Below are positions 38,779-51,400 of a stretch of DNA of 64,000 nucleotides, piece after piece; the stretch's first letter is position 1; every line of letters begins with the position of its first letter. Where the stretch lies: assembly GCA_963514005.1 (NCBI GenBank), contig OY740804.1, forward strand, positions 2,294,001 through 2,358,000. Direction: 5' to 3'. A program made the translations under genes and the position numbers. The notes beneath the pieces were generated by a model, which worked only from the letters and a program-made list of their open reading frames with translations, ran no database searches and was not told the origin of the DNA. This DNA comes from Raja brachyura. Lineage: Eukaryota.

Positions 38779-39086
38779 CATCAAAACTAGACCCACCTGC
38801 CTGCGTTTGGCCCTTACCCCTCTAATCCTGTCCTATCAATGTACCTGTCTAACTGTTTCTTAATCATTGTGATAGTACCTGCCTCAACTACATCTTCCGG
38901 CAGCTCGTTCCAAACACCCTCCACCCTTTATGTAAAACAGTCACCCCTCAGTTTCCCATTAAATCTTTCCCCCCCTCACCTTAAACAGATGTCCTCGGGT
39001 TCTCGATTCCCCAACTCTGGGCGGGTTCAGAGAATGTCATCATGAATCCTACTGAGTTGCAATAAGGTTGTTTCACCCACAGGAAC

Positions 39087-39614
39087 ATGGGACTGCAGAG
39101 ATGGATAGGATTCTTGGTCCTTGTGGAGATGGTGTGGCAAGTCTCTGGAACTGGAACAGGTTCGATCTCCAGAGAATGGGGAGAGGAAGCAAACTTGCCC
39201 GGGTGGAACGTACGGACGCCTCGGCAAGTCAGCGATGAACAGCTTCCAAGATGCACGGACAAGCCAGGTTATGCCGGTCATCGCCCTTTAATCATTAATC
39301 TGCAGGTGGTCGTTGTGTCTCCGGGTGGTAGTATTACGCTGCCCTGTAAAATATCCAAGCATTACAGTAAACCTAAACTCGTCACATGGAAAAAAGGCAA
39401 TGTTGCCATTGCCACGTATCACGGTGTGTTTTCAGTGGGATATCAGGGATCTTATCCCCACTGGAAGTTCGCGAATGACAACGTGTTCAGACGTCGGGAC
39501 GCCTCGTTGGTACTGTGGGGGGTACAAGAGAAAGATGCCGGGACGTATACCTGCATTTGGTCCACTTCTCATCATGGAAAATGTCATGTATTGACCTGGC
39601 TGAAAATAGAGTGA
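39087..39614 (+). CDS. Secreted single Ig V-type domain protein, copy 3 (175 aa; single coding exon)
   Basis: MGLQRW leader, RTPR propeptide end; GGSITLPC, VTWKK, DASLVL, DAGTYTC. Acceptor at 39081-39082. Confidence 0.85.
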   Translation: MGLQRWIGFLVLVEMVWQVSGTGTGSISREWGEEANLPGWNVRTPRQVSDEQLPRCTDKPGYAGHRPLIINLQVVVVSPGGSITLPCKISKHYSKPKLVTWKKGNVAIATYHGVFSVGYQGSYPHWKFANDNVFRRRDASLVLWGVQEKDAGTYTCIWSTSHHGKCHVLTWLKIE

Positions 39615-42600
39615 AACCTCCCATAGATTCAGCGGGGACCATCCCAGGAACAGTAGCAAAGTTTACCTAAACCCGCATGTTCTACCGTTTGATAAACACT
39701 TTAACTCCCCCTCCCATTCCCACACTGACCTTTCTGCCCTGGGCCGCATGAGGCCCGAGTGCAAATTGGAGGGACAGCACCTCAAATTTCACTTGGGCAG
39801 CTTACAACCCAGTGGTTTGAATATTGGCTTCTCTAACGTCAAGTAAACCTTGCTTCTGTCTCTCTCTGTCCCTCCCCCACCCTAGTCCTCCAACCAGTCT
39901 GACTGCCTGATTACAATTTTTCTTTTAATACTTCATTGTCACCTTCCCCCAGCTAACAATGATCAATTCTAGATTTTCCTTGAACATCGCCTCCTTTGAT
40001 GTATAGTGTTCACACCTTACCTTTTCATATCTCTATGTCTCCCTCTCCCCTGACTCGCAGTCTGAAGAAGGGTCTTGACCGCAACGTAACCCATTCCTTC
40101 TATCCAGAGTTGCTGTCAGTCCCACAGAGTTACTCCAGCATTTTGTGTCTGTCTTTCGTGTAAACCAGCATCTGCAGTGCCTTCCTACCCAAAAGCAAAG
40201 CCTAGTTCAGTTTCGGTTAGTTTAGTCCTGAGGTGCAACAGGGAAACAGGCCCTTCAGCCCACCGGGTCTGTGGATACCAATGGTCAGCCCATGCAATAG
40301 TTCTATCCCACACTCCAGAGACAATTTACACAGGCCAATTAACTGACAAACATGCACGTCTGGGATGTGAGAGGAAACCAGAGCACCCGGAGGAAACCCA
40401 CACGGTCACAGTGAGAACGTTCAAACTCTGTACGGACAGCGCCCGTAGTCAGTATTGAACCTGAGTCTCTGGCGCTGAGAGGCAGTAAATCTACCGCAGC
40501 GCCACCGTGCCGCCAAGAAGTCGGGGGCAGGTCAGCACAAACACAATAACAGCCGTTGTCATAAACTTGACACACTGAGGCCAAGCCCAGATTTGGAACC
40601 GGGACGTAGGTTTAAGGTGATAGGGCCAAGGTTTAAAAGGACTAAGGGGCAACATTTACAGTTAGAGGATGGTGGGTGTATGGAACGAGCTGCCAGAGGA
40701 GGTAGTTGAGGCTGGTAGTACAATAACATTTAATAGACTGATGGGTGGGTAGATGGACAGGAATGGTTTTATGGGGATGTGGGCCAAATGTAGTGAAATG
40801 GGATGAGCTTAAATGGGGTATATGGGTCTGCATGGGCGTTGGGCTGAAGGGCCTGTTTCCATGCTGTATGACTCTATGACACTAAGTAGGGATTAGTAAA
40901 GGTATAAAGATGAGCAGCATGGAGGGTTTGAGCGTGGATCGCATGCAGTGAGGAGAACTGACCCTGTCTGCACCAGTAAATGTACGTCTAATGGAAATAA
41001 ACTCTCTTCTACCTGCCCTGAAGACAGCCGGTGTGAGTGATTCTTTGTACCCCAGCATTGAGTTGGGTGTGAACTTTGTGCAACTCCTGCTCACTACGGG
41101 CAACATCGCCAGATTAAGTGTCATGGAGTTGCCTTTAAATTAGTTTAGTTTAGTTCTGTTTTGCTTAGAGATACAGCGTGGAAACAGGCCCTTCGGCCCA
41201 CCGAGTCCAATCCGACCAGTGATCACCCGTACACTAGTTCTAACCTACACACTAGGGACAATTTACTGAAGCCAATTAACCTGCAAAATCTGCACGTCAC
41301 GGTCACAGGGAGAACGTACAAACACCGTACAGACAGTACCTGTAGTCACAATCGAAGGTGGGTCTCTCGCGCTGTAAGGCAGCAACTCTACCGCTGCGCC
41401 ACTGTGCCACCTGTGCATTGCCCTCGTGCATTGTTAGGGCTGCTGATTAGCGTCCAGTTTTGACCCTCATTGGGAGTCAATTGTGGTTGAGTCAAGGAGC
41501 ATTCTTACCTCCGTATGGAGTCTGGTCTTCCAGCTAAAGACCCACACCACCCTGGCCACACTCGCTTATCGCTACTACCAAAGGGAAGGTACAGGAGAAC
41601 CTGAGATCCGAGACCTCCAGGTTCAAGAGCAGCTTCCTCCCAGCAAGCATAAGGTTGTTGAACCAGCCTGCACAACCCCAACCACAACCCTACGCCACCC
41701 AGCTGAACCACGATGGACATTGCACCACTGGTGATGCCCCACGTACTTTGTCGTGTACTATCATGGTCTGAGACCTTATTGTGTACTTATGGTGTAAGTA
41801 TAAAATCATAATAGGCCAGGGTAGACAGTGGAGGGCTGCCACTACAGAGACACCCATAGACCTGATAGAATTATATCAAGTTATGAGAGGCATAGATTGG
41901 GGAGATAACCAGAACCAATTTCCCAAAGGCTTTGGAAAGGGTACAGAAGAGGTTTCCCAGAATGATGCCAGGATTGGAGGTTGTTAGTTTAAGGACAGGT
42001 TGGATAGTCCTGGATTGAATTCTCTAGAACTTCAGATGTTGAGGGGAGACCTTTTTAGTTGAGTTTAGAGATACAGGGTGGAAACAGGCCCTTCGACCCT
42101 CTGGGTCCGTGCTGACCAGCGATCCCCGCACATTAACACCATCCTTCACCCACTTGAAAGAGTCAAAGTCATTATAAAGTCTTGTAGGTTACAAAATGGA
42201 CTCTGCTTATAGATTTAGAAGTACTCAAGGTCAGAAGCAAACTGCTTGAATCTACAGAGATAAGGAATGCTCCTTCCTTGATCATAACCATATATGGACA
42301 ATAGCTTTTCTGAAATCAGAAGAAACAATAGAGCTTTAATATTACCATGTATGGACATGGTGGGACTCTGTGATCAGATAGATAGCCAATTGGCACAGTG
42401 AAGTGAAGTCAAAAATAAAGAACACAACACAGAGTAGACAGAAATTCAACATAAAACATCCCTTCACAGCAGGATCAAAATTTCCCACCGTGAGGGAAGG
42501 CACCAAAGTCAGTCTCTTCCCGATGCCCCCACTGTTCTCCCGTGGTCGGGGCCTCCCCGTGCCCTCCGCTGTTGCCGCTCCGGGCGGCCCGATGTTCAGG

Positions 42601-45409
42601 CTCGCTCCCCGGGGCGATGTAAGTCCGACGTCGGGGCTGGGGGACGTCCTCAGCGGCCTGGACCCTGGGTCGGCCCCCTCCTACCGGAGTCCGCGGCTCC
42701 CAAAGTCCGCAGGCCGCGCCGGGTGGAGATGCAATGCTGGAGGCCCTCGGCAAAGGGCCCCAGGACTCCATGAAGTTCAGCGCCGCCCGCGTTGGAAGCT
42801 CTCCCAACCAGAGCTCCACGGTTTTGGAGCAGCGGCCCAACGCTCCACAGCTCCAACGGCGACCCAGGTAGGCATCGCCCCCTCTGCGGTGACTCCAGCG
42901 CCGCCGCCGCTGTTGCAGCTCTGGTCCGGTTCCCGGTTCCCGGTCCCCGGCAGGAAAGGTCGCTCGGATCCAGGAGGTAGGCCGCGAGGTGGGGGGGGGG
43001 GCGAGGATGCGACTCGGAGAAATAGTCACGTCCCCGCCAGGAAGTGACTGGGAGTTAGTTTCCCCCTTACCCTGCCCCTCTCCCTCTATGCCTCTCATAA
43101 GAGACTTGGGAACAAGTAGTCCGGGAGTACCTAGATCGTAAATGGTCCCTGTGGGTCGAGATTGCAGATAAACTATCTGTGGAAAATGTTGTTGTTAAAG
43201 AGCCGATATAGAGCTGAATAATGGGACAGGCTCGGGATAACAGTGATGTGGGAGCTCCGAGCTTCGGTACAACATATGTGTTATTTGGATCCGGGAATTT
43301 GGATCCGGGAAAACGTAAAGATTACATGATGATCTGGCGAAAGGATTTAAAAGAAAAGAGAATACGGTTGGCCAAAAGAATAATAAACAATTGGTAATGC
43401 AAAAATGGAAACCGAAGCAAAATATCCACGGGGATCCCTTATCTGGCATGGCAACCCTGTTTATAGAGGAGGGGGATGAGGAACTAATTCGGGAATGGTG
43501 TAGACCACCTCCCCCATATGCCCCAGAAGAAAATGAGACTGATAGCGACTCGGAAACTGTAAAGGAAGATGAGAAGGAAGAAGGGAATGGGCTGAGGCAG
43601 AAGAGGAAGGAAGTGCAGTAATTGAATCCATCAGTATAGATTGGTTACTCCACACTAACCAATTGTAGTGCTTTATTTGGATCTGGGAGAGTGATTCCCA
43701 GACTTCATGCTGAAGTGTACTGTAAGTGATCTTTAATAAAATTATGTTGTACTGCATTATGCGAATAGTACTGCATTATACATCATTTACAATCAGTGAG
43801 AAAGTGAAACGAAACGAGCAAAGGAAGCGCAAGGCCAAGAAACAACAGGAGACCCCAAAGATAATACCAATGAGAGCACTGCCAAATGCATTGGCTGAAC
43901 CCCGACCAAATGGTCTGCCGGCAGTAATGCATGCATACAGCCGCTGGAAGCTGCAGGAGGTGCTGTTGATTTCTTAAAAATGCCCCAGACTGAATTAAAG
44001 ATCTACCAGGATTATATTACAGTCAACGCTGACCATGTATGAGGCAGCTGTGAGGGATGTGTTTGCCCGAACGTCCGCCATCCTAAATCCCACTGAGAGG
44101 GCACGATGGAAGGCCCTCTTGAGTGCCGCAACGTGGGCGGCTCTCGAGGCACTGTACCCGGACAACCCCGCAAGAATTGAGGCTGAGCTCACCGCCCTGA
44201 CTCAATGCCTGAAACGACCTAGTGATATAGGCAAAGTAATTGAATGCAGACCCTTATCCAAGGAATCAGCGCATGATTTCTGGAAGAGAATTACGACAGC
44301 GTATCGTACTTATGCAGGAGACGAGAACTTTAACCACGAACCAACAGTCTGCACAGTTTAAAACAATCTTGATACAACTTAAGACCCTAAGGCTGCTCCA
44401 CAGCTCAGCGGTAATACAGTGTGCTGATGGCCTTCTGTTTGCAAGTACAGAGATAAGGAGAATGCTGAGGACACTGATGAACTACTAAAAGCCTTCCACT
44501 GCTGGGGTTACATTCTACCCAAATGAAAGGTAGTCCAGGGGCATACGTAAGTAAAATTAATGGTATATTGCTCAGTGCTACAGAACGAGCATTGACACCC
44601 ACCTGGATGGATCCCATTGTGGACCACACCAGCCCAACCACCCCTAAACAGATGAGGGCTTTTCTGGGCTTGGGTTAATTTCTGCCGGCAGTGAATCCCC
44701 GACGTGGCATTATACATGAAACTACTGTCGCCCCTTGCCTCTGCCAAGGCACCACAGCAATTCACTCTCTCATTCCAACAAGAAGAAGACTTTCGCAATT
44801 TAAAAATAGTGCTGGCTACTGCACCAGCCACTGGATGCCCTCTACATGGTCGCCCCTTCCAGCTCTATGTGACGAACCTACTGCAAGCCTTAGCCCTCCC
44901 GGTTCACCAGCCATTATTAAGTGTAATGCCCATACGAGTGGCCATGACAAAATCTCCCAAGGTAATGCCCTAGCTGACATTACTGCTCGCACGGCAACTT
45001 GCGAATTCTGCACATTTGTCCCCACAGAACCAAAGATTCTCGGAGACAGAACGGCTCTGCCAGACATGGGTGATGTAAAGTTAATGCAGGGGATCGCCTC
45101 TGCCGTGCAACGCGATTTTTGGAAACGAGAGTGTTCCTCTGTTGACTCTTTGATGGGCCTCTGGCTCACCCCTCTCAGACAGGTTTGTGTACCTGATGCT
45201 TTTCTGTCCGTTCTTTACCACTATATACACTCCCTTACGCATGCTGGTAAAGAGGGAAGGGAATGTGTAATGTAGCTTGCACTTTGAAGCTTTAATGAAA
45301 TGGCCGTGTTTACGAGGGGGGAGTAGCAGCAGCAGCAGTAGAGCCAAAGAGAGTGGGATACCAAGGATGTGTAAATGTGTGTTTTGGGTCGAGACCGTTC
45401 TTCAGAATG

Positions 45410-46151
45410 TGTTGTATTTATGAAAATGTTTTTTGGACTGTAACCTCTGATATTTCTCATATATAGCAAGCAATCAATTCTTACTCACGGCCCTCCCTGG
45501 GTCATTGAAGTCTTCTTTCTTCCGATGACCCAGGCATTCAACCACGTCTTTTCTTCTTCCAGAATTCAGGCTGTAATCTCTGGCAGAGATCCAGCTTCTT
45601 CGATTCACCGTTGAATTAGTCTTTTGCTACAACTCTTCTGTAGCAACTAGTTTTCTGCTTAAATGTAGTGGCAGTTTTTACAACTTCTCAAAGTTCAACC
45701 TTCGATAGTTACTAATTTGTCGGGGACGATTAGAAAAGTAGTCTCACGCACTGCACGACACAGCAAAGATGAATCTACCAGAAGTAGCCTCTTGATTAAT
45801 AGCTTCTTTATTGTAGTAATACAAAACAATGAAATAACTCATAACTTTCAATTCTTAATCGTCGTTCCATTCATGTCATATAAATCATAAAATCTTCTTC
45901 TTGTAAAAGTACATCGTCTGACAACATATATATGCCCCAATCATGCTTGTTGTCATGATAGAAAACAGTTTCATCCATGGCCTCGACATTAAACTAAAAC
46001 TAATGATCTGAGAATCTGCGGCACAATCCTCTGGCCAAAAACACGCCTCAGACTACGTATAAAATCCCACCCCCATTAACACAGGCAGATAATAACTAAA
46101 GGTAACTAGACATGACTATAATAAACTTACTTAAGCTTAATTGCTCCAACA
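45410..46151 (-). mobile_element. Probable solo LTR
   Basis: TGTTG...CAACA termini; flanks AATG/AACG (4-bp TSD with one CpG change); AATAAA on the minus strand at ~45807. Confidence 0.5.
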
Positions 46152-46554
46152 AACGTATTTGGGTGTACCAAAGTTTTAACAGATTGTATGATTTCCTTGA
46201 GGTGTGAGTCACTGTGTTTTACTTTTGAGTGAGAATTTTATTGTTTTAAAGTGTGTGAATATCTGAGATTCAGCATATTGCATGAGGTGGAAATTTGTGA
46301 GTGAATGTCACAGAAAAGAAGAGTATAGAGTGAGGAAGTTTAAAGATTGTTACTTGTTTGTGGAACCGGTTCTGGGTGAATGTTTAATTTTATATCGAAG
46401 TCTCGTGACGAGACTATGTGAAGAACCCGCCAGCCCACATGCGCATCAATACATTGTCACATGGCGCGAGATGCGGGTGAATTCGGAAATGCTCCATCAG
46501 GTAAGGTGTTTTTTTTTGCAGGAACGGTGCAGCGGGCTTGGAGATGCTGACAGG

Positions 46555-47135
46555 TACGACCTGTACAGCAACCATATTTAAAGCTCTGGAAGGGACAGGT
46601 GACCCGGCCTGGTCTCGGAGTAACTGGCAGGCGCGACCTGTACAGCAACCACCGTTAAAGCTCTGGAAGGGACAGGTGACCCGGCCTGGTCTCGGAGTAA
46701 CTGGCAGGCGCGACCTGTACAGCAACCACTGTTAAAGCTCTGGAAGGCAGCAGGTGGCCCGGCCTGGTCTCGAGGTGACTGGCAGGCACAGCCTGCACAG
46801 TAATCTCCTCCAAGACTCCGATATGGAGCAGCCTGTTGCACCGGGATCGGAGACGCTGGCAGACATGACCTGCACAGCAACCTCCGTTTAATGCTCCGAA
46901 AAGGAGCAGTTTGTCAAGCGTGGGTCCGAAGAGGTGAACAGGCACGTCCTGCAGAAGTAAATGCACTTAAGCTCCGATAAGGAGCAGCTGGTCGACGGAG
47001 ACGCTGGCAGGTAAGGTCTGCATTCAAACCTCTGTGAAAGCTCCGACATGAAGCAGCTTGGCGACCCGGGCTCGGAGACACTGGCAGCGTTGCCTGCACA
47101 ACAACCTCTGAAACCTCTGCAAAGGAGCAGCTTGT
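46555..47135. repeat. ~75-bp tandem repeat in the old DIRS 5' region
   Basis: Unit GACCTGTACAGCAACC...AAAGCTCTGGAAGGGACAGGTGACCCGGCCTGGTCTCGGAGTAACTGGCAGGCGC; copies become progressively more diverged. Confidence 0.85.
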
Positions 47136-48419
47136 CTACTCTTGTTCAGGGTGTTCCAACTTGAAACTGGCTGTTCAGAAGGACCACATTGGCCAGGGAA
47201 GCACTGCCTCAACATCAAAGGTGAGGTTATCAGGCTGCTCACAAGACTGAGGATAACTGAGTGAGTGCACTGCACTGATACAGGCAGTTAAATTCAGATA
47301 TTTGAGGATATCTCCTGCTTGGAGGCAGGGAGTTTGTGGATTCCCTCAACACATGCAAAATACTTTCAGCTCATGGCTATAATTGAGCTGCCAGCACTCT
47401 GGAACATAATTTGCTATTCTCTCGAGGATAGGCAAAGCAGTAAAGGCCGAACTGGCAAGTAGCATTAATACCTGACTTGCAGGTCAGTAATGTAATAAAT
47501 TAATAAACAAATAAATAAATGGATGGATAAATTAATAACTAAAGATCAAAAGCTCCAAAAGGGAGCAGTTTGGTGACCCGAGTTCGGGGAAGGCCAAGGC
47601 AAAAACAGCAAAATATGTCCAAAAGGACACTACTGGGCCGGAAGGAACTGCCTCAACATCCATTGAGGGTATCATCTGTCGGCCCTCAAAACTGGAAAAC
47701 GTGATTGAGAGGTTGATCGAAGGGAATGTCCGCACACTGGCGAGCGGACACAGGTAGTTCCAGTCTGATGTCTGCCGCAGCAATACCTGGTTCAGGGTTG
47801 CATTATGATATCTGCCGCACAGAGGAGGGGCGTTTTGAAGAGTATTACATGGTAGACTCTGACAGTGGGGAAGTCAACAGTGAACTCGAATTCCCTCAAT
47901 AATTCCCTCATAATAGCCATGATCATATTGAATGGCGGTGCTGGCTCGAAGGGCCGAATGGCCTCCTCCTGCACCTATTTTCTATGTTTTCTATGTTTTC
48001 CATGTAATAAGTGGATGATATGCATCAACTCAAGTCTAAAAAGGAGCTGCCGGCATTTGTGACTAAATTTTGCAGGGACTGGAGAACCGTTAGAGAAAGA
48101 ACTGGCAAGTAGCATTGGTTACTTAACGTCTCATCAGCTGAATGAGAAGAACACTGCTGTAAAGTATGCTAGTCCTGATAACTGCCAGGCACTGGAGGTT
48201 CTGAAGGTTAATGCCACCATTTGGGGCTATCTGAATCGCAAAACATAGTCAAAAGACTTAAAACTCGCGTGAGTTCAGAGATTTCTCACAAGAGGGATTA
48301 CGGCCTTTGCAAGGTCGGTGGAGAGAACTCAGCTGTCTGATTTGCAGCAGATGCCTTAGCACTTCTGTGCAATGCACAGTTTGAGCTCAATTGTGTTGTA
48401 AAGGATTTGTGCAAGGCAA

Positions 48420-51400
48420 TTTTATTTCGGTAGTCACGTGAGTGACTACGTGAAGGCCCCGCCAGCACGCATGCGCGACATATCGTCGTACGCATGCGGA
48501 AGCGACGGTCGGGAGGAGCGGGGCTCCTCCAGCGTAAGTTTAAATAACTTACGCCAGGTAAGTCTCACCGGAGAGTGATCGTCGACGAGAAAATAGTATC
48601 ATTATGGAATCACGGAAGTCCAAGAGAGCAGCGGCGAGAGCAGCTGCTATGGAGAGCAGCCAGCGTACCGCCTCTCCAGAGCTACAGGTATTACCTGCAG
48701 CTCCTGACTTCTCGTCCATGAGGGCCGTTGGTACTCCACGGTCGGGCGGCAAACCCACCCGGAAGTCGGACGGGGCCGGCGACCCAGCTGGGTCCGGTCC
48801 CGAGGACACCCCGTTCGCAGATAGCGACGGAGGTCGTCTAACCCGCATGGAGCGGATGATGGAGCAATTGCTCCAACGTGACCTGCTAATGCAGGGGCAG
48901 AGTCACAGTGGGCCTCCTCGCAGGCTCACGGCAGGTTCCTACCAAGGACTGCCAAATGTCTCACCCTCCTCGCAGGGGAGCATTGAGGGTCAGAACTGGG
49001 CTGACCCAGAAGAAGGGGAGCTGGCTGAACAACCATCTGTGTCAGAGGTGTGTGAAGAATATCTGGATATGGTAAATAAACATGCAATGCCGACACAGAA
49101 AGGCCTACCTATCCACCCTAAGCTGGCAGCCAGCATTAACTACATGGCGACCAACCAGCTACAGGAACAGGCCATAAATTCTACAGCTGATAAATATATG
49201 GCTCCTGAAAACTGCAACTCACCTTAATGTCCCTGCGGTGAACAACCCTATTTGGGGGAATATGAGCCCCTCGAGCAGAGGGCATGAAATCAAACTTCAA
49301 AGAATCCTAAAACTCTTAACCGCCGGGATCACAGCAGTGGCCAGAACTGCAGTGGGGATAGAGTTGCCGGAAGAACTGCAAGATGCCCTGGCTCTACTGT
49401 GTCATACACAGTATGAGATAAACAATTTCAGGAAGAGCATCATAAAGCCGGCGCTTAACCCCAAGTTTGCGGGGTTGTGTAAGCCTGGGAAGACTCAGCC
49501 TCCAAGCTTGCTGTTCGGGGAAAACCTTCCCAAGCAAGTAAAAGATCTTGATGAGGAGGCCAAGGCCTTGGGCCTGATCAAGGTTCCCGGGCCTACCAAA
49601 CCTCATTACCCACAAAGACAGCACCCCTACACACCCACCGGACAGAGATACCATCAGAGACCTGCCGGTGGTGAAAGCTCGAAGGCCGGCCAACCTGCAC
49701 AGCGGTCTTTTTTAGGCCATGGCCCAGCCCAGCCTTCTTGGAAGATGCGCCACTCCTACAACACGATGAATCAACAAAGAAAACAAGGACAGAAACCGCA
49801 ACACCGGCAATAACCATGGAGGTAGGTGGGTCTGGTTTCCCCAGAAACACATCTTGCCTAAATTCACTTTATGTAGGGGGCCGGTTGCACATGTTTTATG
49901 AAAATTGGTGCACTTTTACCTCTGATCCTTTCATACTCAGGAGTATTCAGGGCTACAAAATTGAATTTATTCACGAACTCCCTACCCCGGTCCAGCATTC
50001 ACCTAGCCGAAAATTCATACTCTCTCAAAAAGAGAGGGTAGCAGGGCATGCTGAACTATACAGATTAATTGAAAAAGGGATAATTGAGAAGGCCACCAAA
50101 GAACCACAGGAGTTCGTGTCTAATATATTCACCAAAAACAAAAAAGACGGCGGTTGCCGCATTATCATAGATTTGACCGAACTGAATACTTCTGTTCAGT
50201 ATGTTCATTTTAAAATGGACACCTTTGACACTGCTATACAGTTAATAGATTATGGGTACTACATGGCATGCATTGACCTCAAAGATGCATACTATTCAGT
50301 ACCAATACACAAGGATCATAGGAAATATTTAAAATTTATCTGGATGGGACAATTATGGCAATACAAAGCCTTGCCTAATGGGTTATCATCAGCACCCAGA
50401 TTGTTTACCAAGATATTAAAACCAGCCTTGGCCTACTTAAGGAAACAGAATCATACTGTTATGGCCTATCTTGATGATATCCTCATTGTTGGGGAAAGTT
50501 TGGAAATGGCTACATTGGCAGTTACAGCCACGAAACATCTCTTTCAGAAGCTGGGTTTCATTATACATCCAGATAAATCAATATTAAAACCCTCTACCAC
50601 CATGAAATACTTGGGGTTCAATATCGACTCAGTGCAAATGTCTATCACGTTGCCACTAAGTAAGGTGGAGGACTTGATAGAGGCTTGCAGGAGCCTTATT
50701 GGCATCAAGGACCCATCCATTCGGCAGGTGGCCAGGATAGTGGGAAGATAGTGGCTGCCTTTCCCGCAGCACAATATGGGCCTTTACATTATCAAAACTT
50801 ACAAAGAGCCAAAATTATAGCTCTCAAAAGTCATGCAGGCCATTTCGATAGGCCTATGAAAATACCAGAAAAGGCAAAAGCCGAATTAAATTGGTGGATG
50901 GCTAATGCCCAATATTGTTCCAAACCCATCACTATCATCAATCCCTCGATCACCTTACAAACGGATGCCAGTGCCAAAGGTTGGGGAGCTACTAATACTA
51001 CCTCTAGTTGTGGAGGTAGATGGAGTGCACAAGAGTTAACCCTATTCAAAAATTTGGGAATTAACTATTCAGAAATGCTGGCAGCATTTCACGGCCTCAG
51101 GGCATACTGCACAAACATGCACAAAGTTCATGTTAGGATACAAATTGACAACACCACGGTGGTGGCCTATATTAACCACATGGGCGGAATAAAGTCGATA
51201 TCGTGTGATGAATTGGCCAACAATATCTGGCTCTGGAGTCTGCTAAGGGAAATTTGGATCTCAGCCACTTACCTCCCAGGCAAGCTAAACACAGTGGCAG
51301 ACACCAGGTCACGCAAATTTAACGACAACATAGAATGGATGTTGGATCGAAAAGTGTTCACAGATATTGTAGAACGTTATGGGACACCAGATATCGACCT

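Noticed and set aside
42403-43098. 200-aa ORFs on both strands (also 59615-60232 and 60565-61011)
   Set aside because: By-products of GC-rich repeat sequence with few stop codons; no domain motifs, and frames are not conserved between copies.
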